Positions 28,610-37,791 of a DNA stretch of 64,000 nucleotides are shown here, in pieces. Position numbers and translations under genes: made by a program. Source of the stretch: an archaeon (GTDB lineage Archaea > Iainarchaeota > Iainarchaeia > Iainarchaeales > CSSED10-239); assembly GCA_041657425.1 (NCBI GenBank), contig JBBABY010000005.1:22834-86833 (forward strand), read 5' to 3'. The notes under the pieces are model-generated. The model was given only the letters and a program-made list of their open reading frames with translations. It was not told the origin of the DNA and made no database searches. The stretch's first letter is position 1. Each line of letters starts with the position of its first letter.

Positions 28610-28935
28610 AAAAAACAAAACTTGCAGTAATTAGGCCAAATTTGAGGCATAAGAAGAGATATGTGCAATTACAATTACTAACTTATAATCAATCAATCGA
28701 TCAAAAGATAATTCATACAACTCTTTGTAGAGCTCTTCAAAAGCAAAGTGGAATTTTTGCACAAATCGAAAGCAACATTACAATTTTAGAAACAAATCCA
28801 AAAACCAAAGAATTAATAATAAGAATTAATAAAGAATATTTAGATGAGTTCATTGGCTCATTATTTTTCGCACAAAGTGATTTAGGTTTAATTAAAATAA
28901 AAGATATAAAAAGTACAATAAAAAAGGTGAAATAA
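28606..28935 (+). CDS. rnp2: RNase P protein subunit Pop5 (Rnp2)
   Basis: About 110 aa with N-terminal KKRYVQLQL; overlaps the rnp3 stop; canonical rnp3-rnp2 pairing. Confidence 0.55.
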   Translation: MKKTKLAVIRPNLRHKKRYVQLQLLTYNQSIDQKIIHTTLCRALQKQSGIFAQIESNITILETNPKTKELIIRINKEYLDEFIGSLFFAQSDLGLIKIKDIKSTIKKVK

Positions 28936-28939
28936 AAAA

Positions 28940-29443
28940 ATGGTGGCTAAAAAGAAAGTTGTAAAAAAAATAAAAACTTTGCCAAAAGCAAAGCCGAAAA
29001 TAGTTAAAAAAGAAGAACCAAAGAAGGAAAGGCCATTAGGCATTAAAATAATTTCAACATATTACATAATTGTCTCGGTTCTAAGTTTTATTGTTGGAAT
29101 ACTTGTAACTTTATTTCCAGAAAAGATTTCAGAGTATACAATTAATTCCATACAAGCAACACAATCAAGTTATTCTGCAGCAATGTTTACTCCCACAGTA
29201 ATTTTGATAATGGGGTCAATAATGGTTGTAGTTGGAATAATTGGATTCGTTTTGGGTCTAGGGCTATGGAATATGAAAAAATGGGCAAGAATGCTATTAA
29301 TAGTTTTTGCAGTATTTGGTTTTTTCATGGCATTAATGGGACTAACAACAGGAGAATTTTCAAATATAGTAGGGTTGTTAATCAACGGATTTATCGCAGG
29401 ATATTTGATATTTTGTAAAGACGTAAAGGCAGTATTTAAATAA
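28940..29443 (+). CDS. membrane protein, Lys-rich N-terminus
   Basis: 167 aa with 4 predicted TM helices after a KKKVVKKIK region; no family recognised. Confidence 0.4.
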   Translation: MVAKKKVVKKIKTLPKAKPKIVKKEEPKKERPLGIKIISTYYIIVSVLSFIVGILVTLFPEKISEYTINSIQATQSSYSAAMFTPTVILIMGSIMVVVGIIGFVLGLGLWNMKKWARMLLIVFAVFGFFMALMGLTTGEFSNIVGLLINGFIAGYLIFCKDVKAVFK

Positions 29444-29452
29444 AAGAGTTTA

Positions 29453-29878
29453 TTGGTTATGAAAATAAACACAAAAATCCTTTTAATTTCTATTTTTTAT
29501 TTTTTATTTGCATTATATAATTTAGCAATGTTTGTGCGTTTATTATTACCAGATTCTGGAATGGGTGCGCTTTTGGCACCTGCGTTTTTCTTTTTATTTG
29601 TAATTTTTTTATTGATTGGGGTAGGTATTTTAATAAAATCCAATTTTGCAAGATGGTGTGCAATAGTTATTTCTATAATTAGTATATTGACTTTTAGTAA
29701 TATTAATTTTGATGCATTTAATTCTTATTCCCAAATAATTTTACTTTCAAACACATTAAAAAGTTTAAATTTTGGTTTAAATCTTTTAATCGCTATAATT
29801 AATGTATTAATTGTAATTTTTTGGTTTTCTAAAGATTCTAAAAATTATTTTAAAAAAGATAAAAAACAAGCAAAATAG
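29453..29878 (+). CDS. membrane protein
   Basis: 141 aa with 4 TM helices; no family recognised. Confidence 0.4.
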   Translation: MVMKINTKILLISIFYFLFALYNLAMFVRLLLPDSGMGALLAPAFFFLFVIFLLIGVGILIKSNFARWCAIVISIISILTFSNINFDAFNSYSQIILLSNTLKSLNFGLNLLIAIINVLIVIFWFSKDSKNYFKKDKKQAK

Positions 29879-30017
29879 TATATTTAAAGCAAATAGTGTT
29901 TTTCTGTCTAAAATAAGCTTTTTAAATGCTTCTTATATATAATATATATAAGATATATTTCTGTTTTATACATTTATCTTTATAGTAAAAAAATAATAAA
30001 AACGGTGAAAAATTTTG

Positions 30018-30740
30018 ATGCCAAATTCTCTAGGTGCTGCAGCAGCAGGTTATGATAGATCAACAACAATGTTTAGTCCTGAAGGACATTTATACCAAGT
30101 AGATTATACTTCAAAGATAATCGAAAAAGGAAGTCCAGCAGTAGCAATCATATACAAGCAAGGAATAGTAATTATTGCAGACAAGAAGATTCATTCAAGT
30201 CTTGTAATCCCTGACTCCGTAGAAAAGGTATTCAAGATTGACGGCCACATCTGGACAGCTTGTGCAGGATTAATTGGAGACGGAAGAAGATTAGTGGATT
30301 TTGCAAGACAAATGTCTCAGGAAAACAGAACATATTACGATCAAGCAATAGAAGTAGAAACTTTAGTTAAGAAGATTGCTTCAGTAATCCAATACTACAC
30401 TCAATACGGCGGCGGAAGACCATTTGGAGTATCATTAATTATCGCAGGCTATGATTCTTTAGGAAAGCACATTTTCGAAGCAGAACCAAGTGGAGCAATA
30501 ACTGCTTATAAGGCAGTTGCAATTGGTCAAAATAGAGCAAAGTTAATGGAATACTTAGAAAAGAATTACAAAGAAAATCTTTCTTTTGAAGATGCAATGG
30601 AAATAGGAATAAAAGCAATAGCATTAAACTTAGAACCAAAACACAAATTAAATCCACAGAGTATAGAGGTAATAAATATTTCCGAGAATGGAAATAACGG
30701 AACAGTGGTTCCATTAGAGAAATATTCTAAATTATTATAA
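30018..30740 (+). CDS. psmA: proteasome alpha subunit
   Basis: YDRSTTMFSPEGHLYQVDY N-terminal signature of 20S alpha subunits. Confidence 0.9.
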   Translation: MPNSLGAAAAGYDRSTTMFSPEGHLYQVDYTSKIIEKGSPAVAIIYKQGIVIIADKKIHSSLVIPDSVEKVFKIDGHIWTACAGLIGDGRRLVDFARQMSQENRTYYDQAIEVETLVKKIASVIQYYTQYGGGRPFGVSLIIAGYDSLGKHIFEAEPSGAITAYKAVAIGQNRAKLMEYLEKNYKENLSFEDAMEIGIKAIALNLEPKHKLNPQSIEVINISENGNNGTVVPLEKYSKLL

Positions 30741-30756
30741 AAGGTGAAACAAAAAT

Positions 30757-31455
30757 ATGGTAAAATTAGAAGACGCAGTAATTGCAAGGTATAGTAGAAA
30801 CACACATCATTTTGAAATATTGGTTGAACCATACTTAGCTTGGGATTATAAACACGGAAAAACCGAAATAAGTTTTGATAATCTGTTTGCAATGGAAGAA
30901 ATCTATTCTGATTCTGCAAAAGGAAAATTAGCTTCTGAGGATGTAATTAAAGAAGTATTTCAAACCACAGACTTCCAAACAATTGCAAAGAAAATAATTA
31001 TTGATGGAGAAGTTCAATTAACAACAAATCAAAGAAATGAAATGTTAAAGAAAAGAGAAAATGAAATAATTGATTTCATAGCAAAGAATGCGCACGATCC
31101 AAAGGAAATGACTCCAATCCCTCCACAAAGAATAATCAATGCATTAGAATCAGGCAAATTTAAATTTAATCTTTCAAGAAAGAAAGAAGATGAAATAAAT
31201 GAAGTAATGTTAATTCTAAAAAGAGCAATGCCAATTTCTTTAGAGAAAATAACTGTGACAATTGAAGTAACTGCACAGTTCTCAGGAAAGATTACTCCAA
31301 TACTTCACAAGTACGATATAGTTGAAGAAAAATGGTTACCAAGTGGCGGGTTATTTGCAAAGTTAACTTTACCAGTTGGTCTTAAAACAAAATTAATAAA
31401 CGATTTAAATAACGTAACACACGGTTCAGTAATCGTTAATGTTGAAAAACAATAA
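30757..31455 (+). CDS. sdo1: ribosome maturation protein Sdo1 (SBDS)
   Basis: SBDS N-terminal FYSH domain pattern (ARYSRNTHHFEILVEP); superoperon position. Confidence 0.8.
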   Translation: MVKLEDAVIARYSRNTHHFEILVEPYLAWDYKHGKTEISFDNLFAMEEIYSDSAKGKLASEDVIKEVFQTTDFQTIAKKIIIDGEVQLTTNQRNEMLKKRENEIIDFIAKNAHDPKEMTPIPPQRIINALESGKFKFNLSRKKEDEINEVMLILKRAMPISLEKITVTIEVTAQFSGKITPILHKYDIVEEKWLPSGGLFAKLTLPVGLKTKLINDLNNVTHGSVIVNVEKQ

Positions 31456-31471
31456 AAGAGAAGTGAAAATT

Positions 31472-32080
31472 ATGAAAAGAATAGTTGTTCCAGGAGAACT
31501 AATAACAGATAAGAAAAAGAAGTTAGGGGAAAATATTTTTATCAAAGATGATAAAATATATAGTTCAGTTCTTGGTATATTAAACGAAACTGATGATTTC
31601 GTTTCTATAGTTCCATTAAATGGTCCATACATTCCTCAAGAAAATGACCCAGTAGTTTGCGTAGTAAGAAACATAACTGCAAATGGATATATAATTGATG
31701 TTAATTCTCATAGCGATTGTTTCTTTCCAAAATCACAAATCACAAGAGAATTAAAGATTGGCCAAACTCTTTTTGCAAGAGTGAAAGGAGTAGATGGTGT
31801 AGAGATTTCAGAATTAGATAATATAAATATTCTTCCAGAAGGGCAAGTTATTTCAATATCTTCAGTAAAGGTTCCAAGAATAATAGGAAAGAATGATTCT
31901 ATGGTAAATTTACTTAAGAAATATACGCAAGCAAATATCTTGGTTGGAAGAAATGGGTGGATTTGGTATGTTTCTAAAAATTCATACTTATTAGAAAAAA
32001 CAATAAAATTAATTTCTAAAAATTCACAAAAATCAAACTTAACAAATACAATAGAAGAATACTTAAAAAATAATCAATAA
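31472..32080 (+). CDS. rrp4: exosome RNA-binding subunit Rrp4
   Basis: N-terminal domain (VVPGELI), S1 domain, KH domain (IIGKNDSMVNLL...ILVGRNGWIW). Confidence 0.8.
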   Translation: MKRIVVPGELITDKKKKLGENIFIKDDKIYSSVLGILNETDDFVSIVPLNGPYIPQENDPVVCVVRNITANGYIIDVNSHSDCFFPKSQITRELKIGQTLFARVKGVDGVEISELDNINILPEGQVISISSVKVPRIIGKNDSMVNLLKKYTQANILVGRNGWIWYVSKNSYLLEKTIKLISKNSQKSNLTNTIEEYLKNNQ

Positions 32081-32093
32081 AGGAGAGAAATAT

Positions 32094-32801
32094 ATGACGA
32101 CAGCAAAAAGGCAAGATGGAAGAGCCTTAGATGAATTGCGACCAATAAAAATTCAACTTGGTTTAGCAAAGAACGCAGATGGTTCATGTTATTTAGAATG
32201 GGGTAAAAATATAGTTATAGCAACAGTTAATGGCCCTAAGCCAGTTTTACCAAAACATTTAGCAGATCCAACAAAAGCATTAATCAATTATAAATACAGA
32301 ATGGCTTGCTTTTCAGTGACTGAAAGAAAATCACCAGTACCAGGAAAAAGAGATAAAGAAATTTCTTTAGTTTCAGGCCAGGCTTTAGAAGCAGCAGTAA
32401 TGGTTGATCAATTTCCAAACACAATGATTGATGTTAATGTTTTAATATTATCAGCAGATGCAGGAACAAGAGCAGCAGCATTAACAGCAGCTAGTCTTGC
32501 AGCAGCAGATGCGGGTCTTCCAATGAGAGGCATGATAAGTGCAGTAGCTGCAGGCAGAGCAAATAAACAATTAGTTCTTGATCTTGATAAAGAGGATGAA
32601 GACACAGAAGATGCAGTTGATATGGCTTGTGCATTTTTAATGCCACAACAAGAATTAGCTCTTCTTCAAATGGATGGTTTTGTAGACAAGAAAGATTGTA
32701 CAAAGATCTTAGAAGTTGCTTTAAAAGGTGCAGAGAAGATTTATGAAATCCAAAAGAAAGCACTTGTTGAAAAATATCCAATGGAAGGTGACGTACAATG
32801 A
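32094..32801 (+). CDS. rrp41: exosome RNase PH subunit Rrp41
   Basis: RNase PH domain (DGRALDELRPIKIQLG...ADGSCYLEWGKN). Confidence 0.85.
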   Translation: MTTAKRQDGRALDELRPIKIQLGLAKNADGSCYLEWGKNIVIATVNGPKPVLPKHLADPTKALINYKYRMACFSVTERKSPVPGKRDKEISLVSGQALEAAVMVDQFPNTMIDVNVLILSADAGTRAAALTAASLAAADAGLPMRGMISAVAAGRANKQLVLDLDKEDEDTEDAVDMACAFLMPQQELALLQMDGFVDKKDCTKILEVALKGAEKIYEIQKKALVEKYPMEGDVQ

Positions 32802-33607
32802 GTGATATAGATATTTTAAAAGTAATCAAGTCTGATAAAGCAAAAAAATTATTAGTTGAAGATAAAAGATTTGATAATAGAGAAATGTTAGAATACAGAC
32901 AAATCGAAATCAAAAGAGGAGTAATGAAATCCGCTGATGGTTCAGCATGGGTAAAACTAGGAGATACAGAAATAATTGCAGGAGTTAAGTTTGCAGTTGG
33001 TACTCCTTATGTTGATTCTCCTGATGAAGGATCAATGGTTCTTAATCTTGAGATGTCAGGAATTGCTTCAGCAGACATAGACACAGGTCCACCAAGCATT
33101 GATGCAATGGAATATGGAAGAGTAGTGGACAGAGTTATAAGATCTTCAGAATGTGTAAATTTCAAAGATTTAAGTATTGTAAGTGGAGAAAAATCATTTA
33201 TTGTTTATGTTGATTGTTATGCAATTAATGCAGATGGTAACTTGATAGATGCAGCACAGTATGCAGCAATGGCAGCATTACTTGATTGTAAAATCCCTAA
33301 GTTAAATGAGAAGAACGCAATAATCCTTAAGGAATACACAGACAAAGGATTAACTATAGATAAAAACAAAATTGCAATCTCTTTTACTTTCTCAAAATCT
33401 AAAAACAAATTAATTGCAGACGCAACAGAAGTTGAAGATTTAGCAAGTGATTGTAGATTCTCTCTTGGAGTTTGTGGAAACAACGTTGTTTCTTATCATA
33501 AAGGAGGAGGCAATGGAACTTTTAAGACTGAGGAAATAAATACAATGATGGATATAGCATCTAAGAAATATTTAGAAATAAAAACAAAAATATGTGATGA
33601 ACAATGA
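32798..33607 (+). CDS. rrp42: exosome RNase PH-like subunit Rrp42
   Basis: Second RNase PH-like paralog overlapping the rrp41 stop; canonical gene order. Confidence 0.85.
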   Translation: MSDIDILKVIKSDKAKKLLVEDKRFDNREMLEYRQIEIKRGVMKSADGSAWVKLGDTEIIAGVKFAVGTPYVDSPDEGSMVLNLEMSGIASADIDTGPPSIDAMEYGRVVDRVIRSSECVNFKDLSIVSGEKSFIVYVDCYAINADGNLIDAAQYAAMAALLDCKIPKLNEKNAIILKEYTDKGLTIDKNKIAISFTFSKSKNKLIADATEVEDLASDCRFSLGVCGNNVVSYHKGGGNGTFKTEEINTMMDIASKKYLEIKTKICDEQ

Positions 33608-33828
33608 GTACAAAAAAAGTAGGCGTAACCGGTAAACATGGAGTAAGAGGCGGAGTCGGTATTAGAAAGAAATATCTTTTAGCAGTAACCGACAAAAACA
33701 AAAAAGTTTGTCCAAAATGCGGGACAGCAGATAAAATAAAAAGAATAGCTACAGGAATTTTCCAATGTCAAAAATGTATGACTAAGATTTCTGGCGCAGC
33801 TTATAAATTTAAGAGCACAGGAAAATAA
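33604..33828 (+). CDS. rpl37ae: ribosomal protein L37Ae
   Basis: TKKVGVTGKHG...CPKCG...CQKC C4 zinc ribbon. Confidence 0.85.
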   Translation: MSTKKVGVTGKHGVRGGVGIRKKYLLAVTDKNKKVCPKCGTADKIKRIATGIFQCQKCMTKISGAAYKFKSTGK

Positions 33829-33840
33829 AGGTGAATATAA

Positions 33841-33969
33841 ATGTACTACTGTGGAAAATGTAATGAAGTGTATAACGATTTACCAGAAAGTAAAAAATGT
33901 AAAAACTGTTCAGGAAGAGTATTTTACAAGAAGAGAATGCCAATAGTAAAGAAGGTTAAAGCTGACTAG
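33841..33969 (+). CDS. rpoP: RNA polymerase subunit P (Rpo12/RpoP)
   Basis: 42-aa ORF MYYCGKCNEVY...CKNCSGRVFYKK (CxxC-x15-CxxC zinc ribbon) with an AGGTGA RBS; not in the ORF track because it is below the size cutoff. Confidence 0.7.
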   Translation: MYYCGKCNEVYNDLPESKKCKNCSGRVFYKKRMPIVKKVKAD

Positions 33970-33970
33970 G

Positions 33971-34420
33971 ATGATAATAACAACGTCAAGAAATACAACT
34001 GCTTTAGCAAAAAAGTTTTGTAAGTATTTGGCAATATTTCTTTATGGAGTTAAGCACATCCCAAGAGGGCAGACTAATCTTTCTAAGATTTTTGAGAAAT
34101 CCAGTTATCTTGGTTATAACCATTTGCTATTGGTTTCAAAAGTTAAAGAAGGACTTTCATTAACAGTTTATCTGCGAACAGATAAGGAATATCTTCCAGT
34201 TTCTGAGCACATAATTACAAACATTAACTTTCAAACAACTGTTCCTTTATCTCAAATAAAGAAAATCAAACAACAGGAAGTAAATACAGATGTGTTTTTC
34301 TTAGATAAAGAATATTTAAAAGAAACAAAAGATTCAGAAATAACATTAAAACAAAAAGACAATCACTTTTCTTTTTTTCTTGAAAAAAAAGAACTTGGTT
34401 TTTCTTTTGATTTAAAGTGA
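33971..34420 (+). CDS. Brix-domain (Imp4-like) ribosome biogenesis protein
   Basis: MIITTSRNTTALAKKF N-terminus typical of archaeal Brix proteins. Confidence 0.75.
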   Translation: MIITTSRNTTALAKKFCKYLAIFLYGVKHIPRGQTNLSKIFEKSSYLGYNHLLLVSKVKEGLSLTVYLRTDKEYLPVSEHIITNINFQTTVPLSQIKKIKQQEVNTDVFFLDKEYLKETKDSEITLKQKDNHFSFFLEKKELGFSFDLK

Positions 34421-34427
34421 GATAAAA

Positions 34428-34673
34428 ATGATAGGAACAATAATTTCAAGTAATCTAGTAATCAAGACAAAAGACGCAAAGAAATTAAAGCAATTACTAG
34501 AGTTAGAGATAAACAGAAAATCCTATGATCGTTCAGAATCAAAGATGACAATCAAGGGAAAAGACTTAATTATTGATATCTATTGTAAAGACGTAACAGC
34601 TTACAAAGCAACAATTAATCATTATATTAATCTATTAGAATTGATTAAAAAAACTTATGAGGTGGAATTATGA
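34428..34673 (+). CDS. pcc1: KEOPS subunit Pcc1-like protein
   Basis: 81 aa; C-terminal DVTAYKATINHYINLLELI resembles the Pcc1 motif; position between brix and pfdB. Confidence 0.45.
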   Translation: MIGTIISSNLVIKTKDAKKLKQLLELEINRKSYDRSESKMTIKGKDLIIDIYCKDVTAYKATINHYINLLELIKKTYEVEL

Positions 34674-35008
34674 GTGAAAATGTAAATATGTATAGACAAC
34701 AATTAATGTTTTTAACACAACAAAAACAACAAATTCAATTTCAGTTAAATGTTTTAGACAACACAATCAAAGAACTAGAGAAAACAAAAGAAAAGAAAGT
34801 CTACAAAGGCATTGGTAATGTTTTTATTTATGCAGATAAAGACGAAGTTATCAAGGAAACAAAAGACTTAAAGGACACGCTTGACTTAAGACAAAAGACC
34901 GTTCAAAAGCAAGAAGACGCAATCCTAAAGAAGATTAACAGCGCAACAAGACCAGAAGACAAGGGCAAGTCCGATCAAGACATGGACGACATAGAAGGAA
35001 TAGAATAA
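34670..35008 (+). CDS. pfdB: prefoldin beta subunit
   Basis: Two coiled-coil arms flanking a beta-hairpin region (VYKGIGNVFIYADKDE). Confidence 0.75.
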   Translation: MSENVNMYRQQLMFLTQQKQQIQFQLNVLDNTIKELEKTKEKKVYKGIGNVFIYADKDEVIKETKDLKDTLDLRQKTVQKQEDAILKKINSATRPEDKGKSDQDMDDIEGIE

Positions 35009-35129
35009 AGTTCTATTCTCTTTTCTTTTCTATAAAGGCCTTTTCCTAAGTAAATAGATAGACATATACGCTTTTATTCTAATTAATTATATTATACCAT
35101 TAAACAACTAATTTTTGGAGGAACAATAA

Positions 35130-36089
35130 ATGAAAAATAATAATTACAAATTAATTACTTTTGCAATAGCGGCATTAGTAATTGGAGCAATACTTAGTAC
35201 ATTACTGATTAGTACAGTAAGTGCAGAAAAGACAGACCTTACAAATATAGATGCTCTTGAAATCACAGATCCAGAATCAAGAACAAATTTAATATTAAAT
35301 TTATTAAAAGTAAATAGAATACAAAATAGAAATAATAATCCATTATTTATTGATTCTAGTAATCAATTATCTATCAATGGAGATACTTATGTAAGTATTT
35401 CATCTCCAAACACTGCAAAATTAGGATCAGGAAATGCAGTAGTTAAAGCATTTGCTAATGGTCAAGAACAACAAGCCGGTTCAAAAGTAGAAATTAATGC
35501 AAATAATTTCTTTGTAGGACATGGTGGACAATCAGTATTTAAAATAATAGGCGGAGCTAACGAATACGGTGCACAATATTCTCAAGTAATAATAGAAACA
35601 GGAGTTCAAATGAACCATTATTTACAAGTTAATAATGGGCTTTATGCAGATGGCGCAAACATAGGCGAACATCATAATCAACCAGCATTACAAATTGTAA
35701 GAAATGGTCAATCCGGCAATTACACTTCAGAAATTACAATTAATGCTCCTACCAGATTTCCTAATCTTTCAGAAGGCGCCACCAATACTGGCGCAATATA
35801 TCATTTAGGAGATACTTTTCTTATAGAAAATTATACTGTAGAAGTTATGAATATTTGGGACGCAAATAACGCAGTTGAAATGCAATTAAGAAATGACGTT
35901 AATGGCATAATTGCAGAAGAAGTCTATAGTGAAGGAGATGCAATCTTTGAAGATTATCTTACCACAACTCTTATAGTAGATGGGATAGACTCAGATAGTG
36001 TAAGTATAGTTATACCATCAGGAAATACATACTATGCCTGTTTAACAGAAGACGGAACACTATTTAGAAGCAATGATCCTTGTAACTAA
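35130..36089 (+). CDS. secreted/surface protein, paralog family member A
   Basis: N-terminal TM/signal; shares module ESRTNLILNLLKVNRIQNR and about 95-aa C-terminal domain (GDTFLIEN...GNTYYAC...DGTLFRSNDPCN) with 37792..38628. Confidence 0.6.
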   Translation: MKNNNYKLITFAIAALVIGAILSTLLISTVSAEKTDLTNIDALEITDPESRTNLILNLLKVNRIQNRNNNPLFIDSSNQLSINGDTYVSISSPNTAKLGSGNAVVKAFANGQEQQAGSKVEINANNFFVGHGGQSVFKIIGGANEYGAQYSQVIIETGVQMNHYLQVNNGLYADGANIGEHHNQPALQIVRNGQSGNYTSEITINAPTRFPNLSEGATNTGAIYHLGDTFLIENYTVEVMNIWDANNAVEMQLRNDVNGIIAEEVYSEGDAIFEDYLTTTLIVDGIDSDSVSIVIPSGNTYYACLTEDGTLFRSNDPCN

Positions 36090-36125
36090 GCAAATTAACC
36101 AATAAGATTATTCTAGAAAAATAAT
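36090..36125 (+). terminator. hairpin plus T-tract after surface protein gene A
   Basis: Inverted repeat AAGATTATT-ctagaaaa-AATAATCTT followed by TTTTTTCTTTTT. Confidence 0.4.
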
Positions 36126-36269
36126 CTTATTTTTTCTTTTTATTCTATTTTTAAAAATCAGACAATTTGCAGAAAAAACTTGGCAGAAAGTTAGACAATT
36201 TGATTAAAAAAGTAAGCAATTTATCTAAAATTAGAGATATATTTAAAAACCTTTCGTTATATTATATAT

Positions 36270-37538
36270 TTGATAAATATGTTTGAAATATACAAAATTC
36301 AAAATCAACATTGGGAAAACAAATTATACGATTTACCAATAAAAAGAAAAATTTTAGAAACTTTAAAAAAAGAACTATTAAATCACAAATTAATTATTTC
36401 TATAGAGGGGCCAAGAAGAGTAGGGAAATCTGTTTTAATGAAACAATTGATTAATTATCTTATAGAAAATAAAGTGCCTTCAAAAAACCTATTTTATTTT
36501 TCTTTTGATAAACTTGATAAAAAGATATTAGATACATTAAAGGACTATGAGGAATTGTCCGGAATATCATTAAGAGAAGAAAAAACTTATTTATTTTTTG
36601 ACGAAATTCAAAAGATTAAAGATTGGCAATCAGATATTAAGATAATTTATGATAATTATCCAAATTTAAAAATAATAGTAAGTGGATCTACATTAAGAGT
36701 TAGTAAAAAAGAAAGCCTTGCAGGAAGGATTGTTGATTTTTTTATTAATCCTTTATCTTTCGAAGAATATCTTATATTTTCAGGTAAAGAAAAATTATTA
36801 GATTCAGAAATAGATTATATTTTTGAAAAAGAGTATAATAATTATTTATTTAGGCAATATCCAGATATTGTTTTAAATAAAGAAATAGATTCCACGCAAT
36901 ATATTTCATTAATTCTACAAAAAGTGATTTTTGAAGATTCGGAAAAGTATATTAGAAATGTGGATAAAGATATTTTATACAAAATTTGTATGATTATACT
37001 TAGAGATCCTGGGCAGATTATTAATTATTCTGACTTATCGAAAGATTTAGGTGTGAAAAGAGAAGTTGTTTCAAAATATATTGATTTTTTAGTTAATTCT
37101 GGAGTTGTAAAAAAAGTTTATAATTTTTCAAATAATTCTCGAAAATTAGAGATTAAATCTAAAAAGTTTTATCCGTATTGTACATCACTAACAAGAGCAG
37201 TAACTGATAATCCAGATATGGGTAAGATTATAGAGACTGATGTTTGTTTTCAATTAGATGCAAAATACTTTTTAAATAACAAAGGTAAAGAAGAAATAGA
37301 TTTTCTACTTATAGACCCGATAACTTCTAAAAAGATAGGGGTAGAAGTAAAATATAGAAATTTAATAACAAATAAAGACGTAAGTGCATTTAGATCAGCG
37401 ATAGTTAAAAAGTTAAATTTGGATAAAAGAATAATAATTGTAAAAGCAGAATCAAAATTAGATTTTAATACAAAAGAAATAGTTCCTGTCATGTATTTTA
37501 CAATCTTTAAACACCAATCAGAATTCAAATTTAAATAA
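36270..37538 (+). CDS. AAA+ superfamily ATPase (COG1373-like, AAA_14 plus DUF4143)
   Basis: Walker A GPRRVGKS, Walker B LFFDEIQ; architecture typical of archaeal COG1373 ATPases. Confidence 0.65.
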   Translation: MINMFEIYKIQNQHWENKLYDLPIKRKILETLKKELLNHKLIISIEGPRRVGKSVLMKQLINYLIENKVPSKNLFYFSFDKLDKKILDTLKDYEELSGISLREEKTYLFFDEIQKIKDWQSDIKIIYDNYPNLKIIVSGSTLRVSKKESLAGRIVDFFINPLSFEEYLIFSGKEKLLDSEIDYIFEKEYNNYLFRQYPDIVLNKEIDSTQYISLILQKVIFEDSEKYIRNVDKDILYKICMIILRDPGQIINYSDLSKDLGVKREVVSKYIDFLVNSGVVKKVYNFSNNSRKLEIKSKKFYPYCTSLTRAVTDNPDMGKIIETDVCFQLDAKYFLNNKGKEEIDFLLIDPITSKKIGVEVKYRNLITNKDVSAFRSAIVKKLNLDKRIIIVKAESKLDFNTKEIVPVMYFTIFKHQSEFKFK

Positions 37539-37722
37539 ATAATTCTGGGAAAATATGAACTCGCAAAAAAAGAAAAAAACAAAGAAGTTCTTTGCAGAAT
37601 TAAATAAAAGAAGCATAGAAGCAAAAGATAAATCTAATTTTATTTCTTTAAGGTATTTATAAACACAGTAAAGGCACTCTAATTCTTCCAAACACTTGGA
37701 AAAAACCATATATTTATAAATT

Positions 37723-37736
37723 CCCCCCCCCCCCCC
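37723..37736 (+). repeat. homopolymeric poly-C tract (C14) in promoter region of surface protein gene B
   Basis: 14 consecutive C between TTTATAAA and ATAGATAATATAG, 55 bp upstream of the ATG at 37792; unique in the window. Confidence 0.9.
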
Positions 37737-37791
37737 ATAGATAATATAGTATTAAAAAATTAATTAAAACAAAATTACGGAGGAAATTAAA

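Noticed and set aside
37723-37736. Poly-C tract as a mere assembly artefact
   Set aside because: It cannot be excluded without reads. It was retained as a finding because it sits precisely in a promoter of a multigene surface-protein family whose other members also show simple-sequence-repeat differences.
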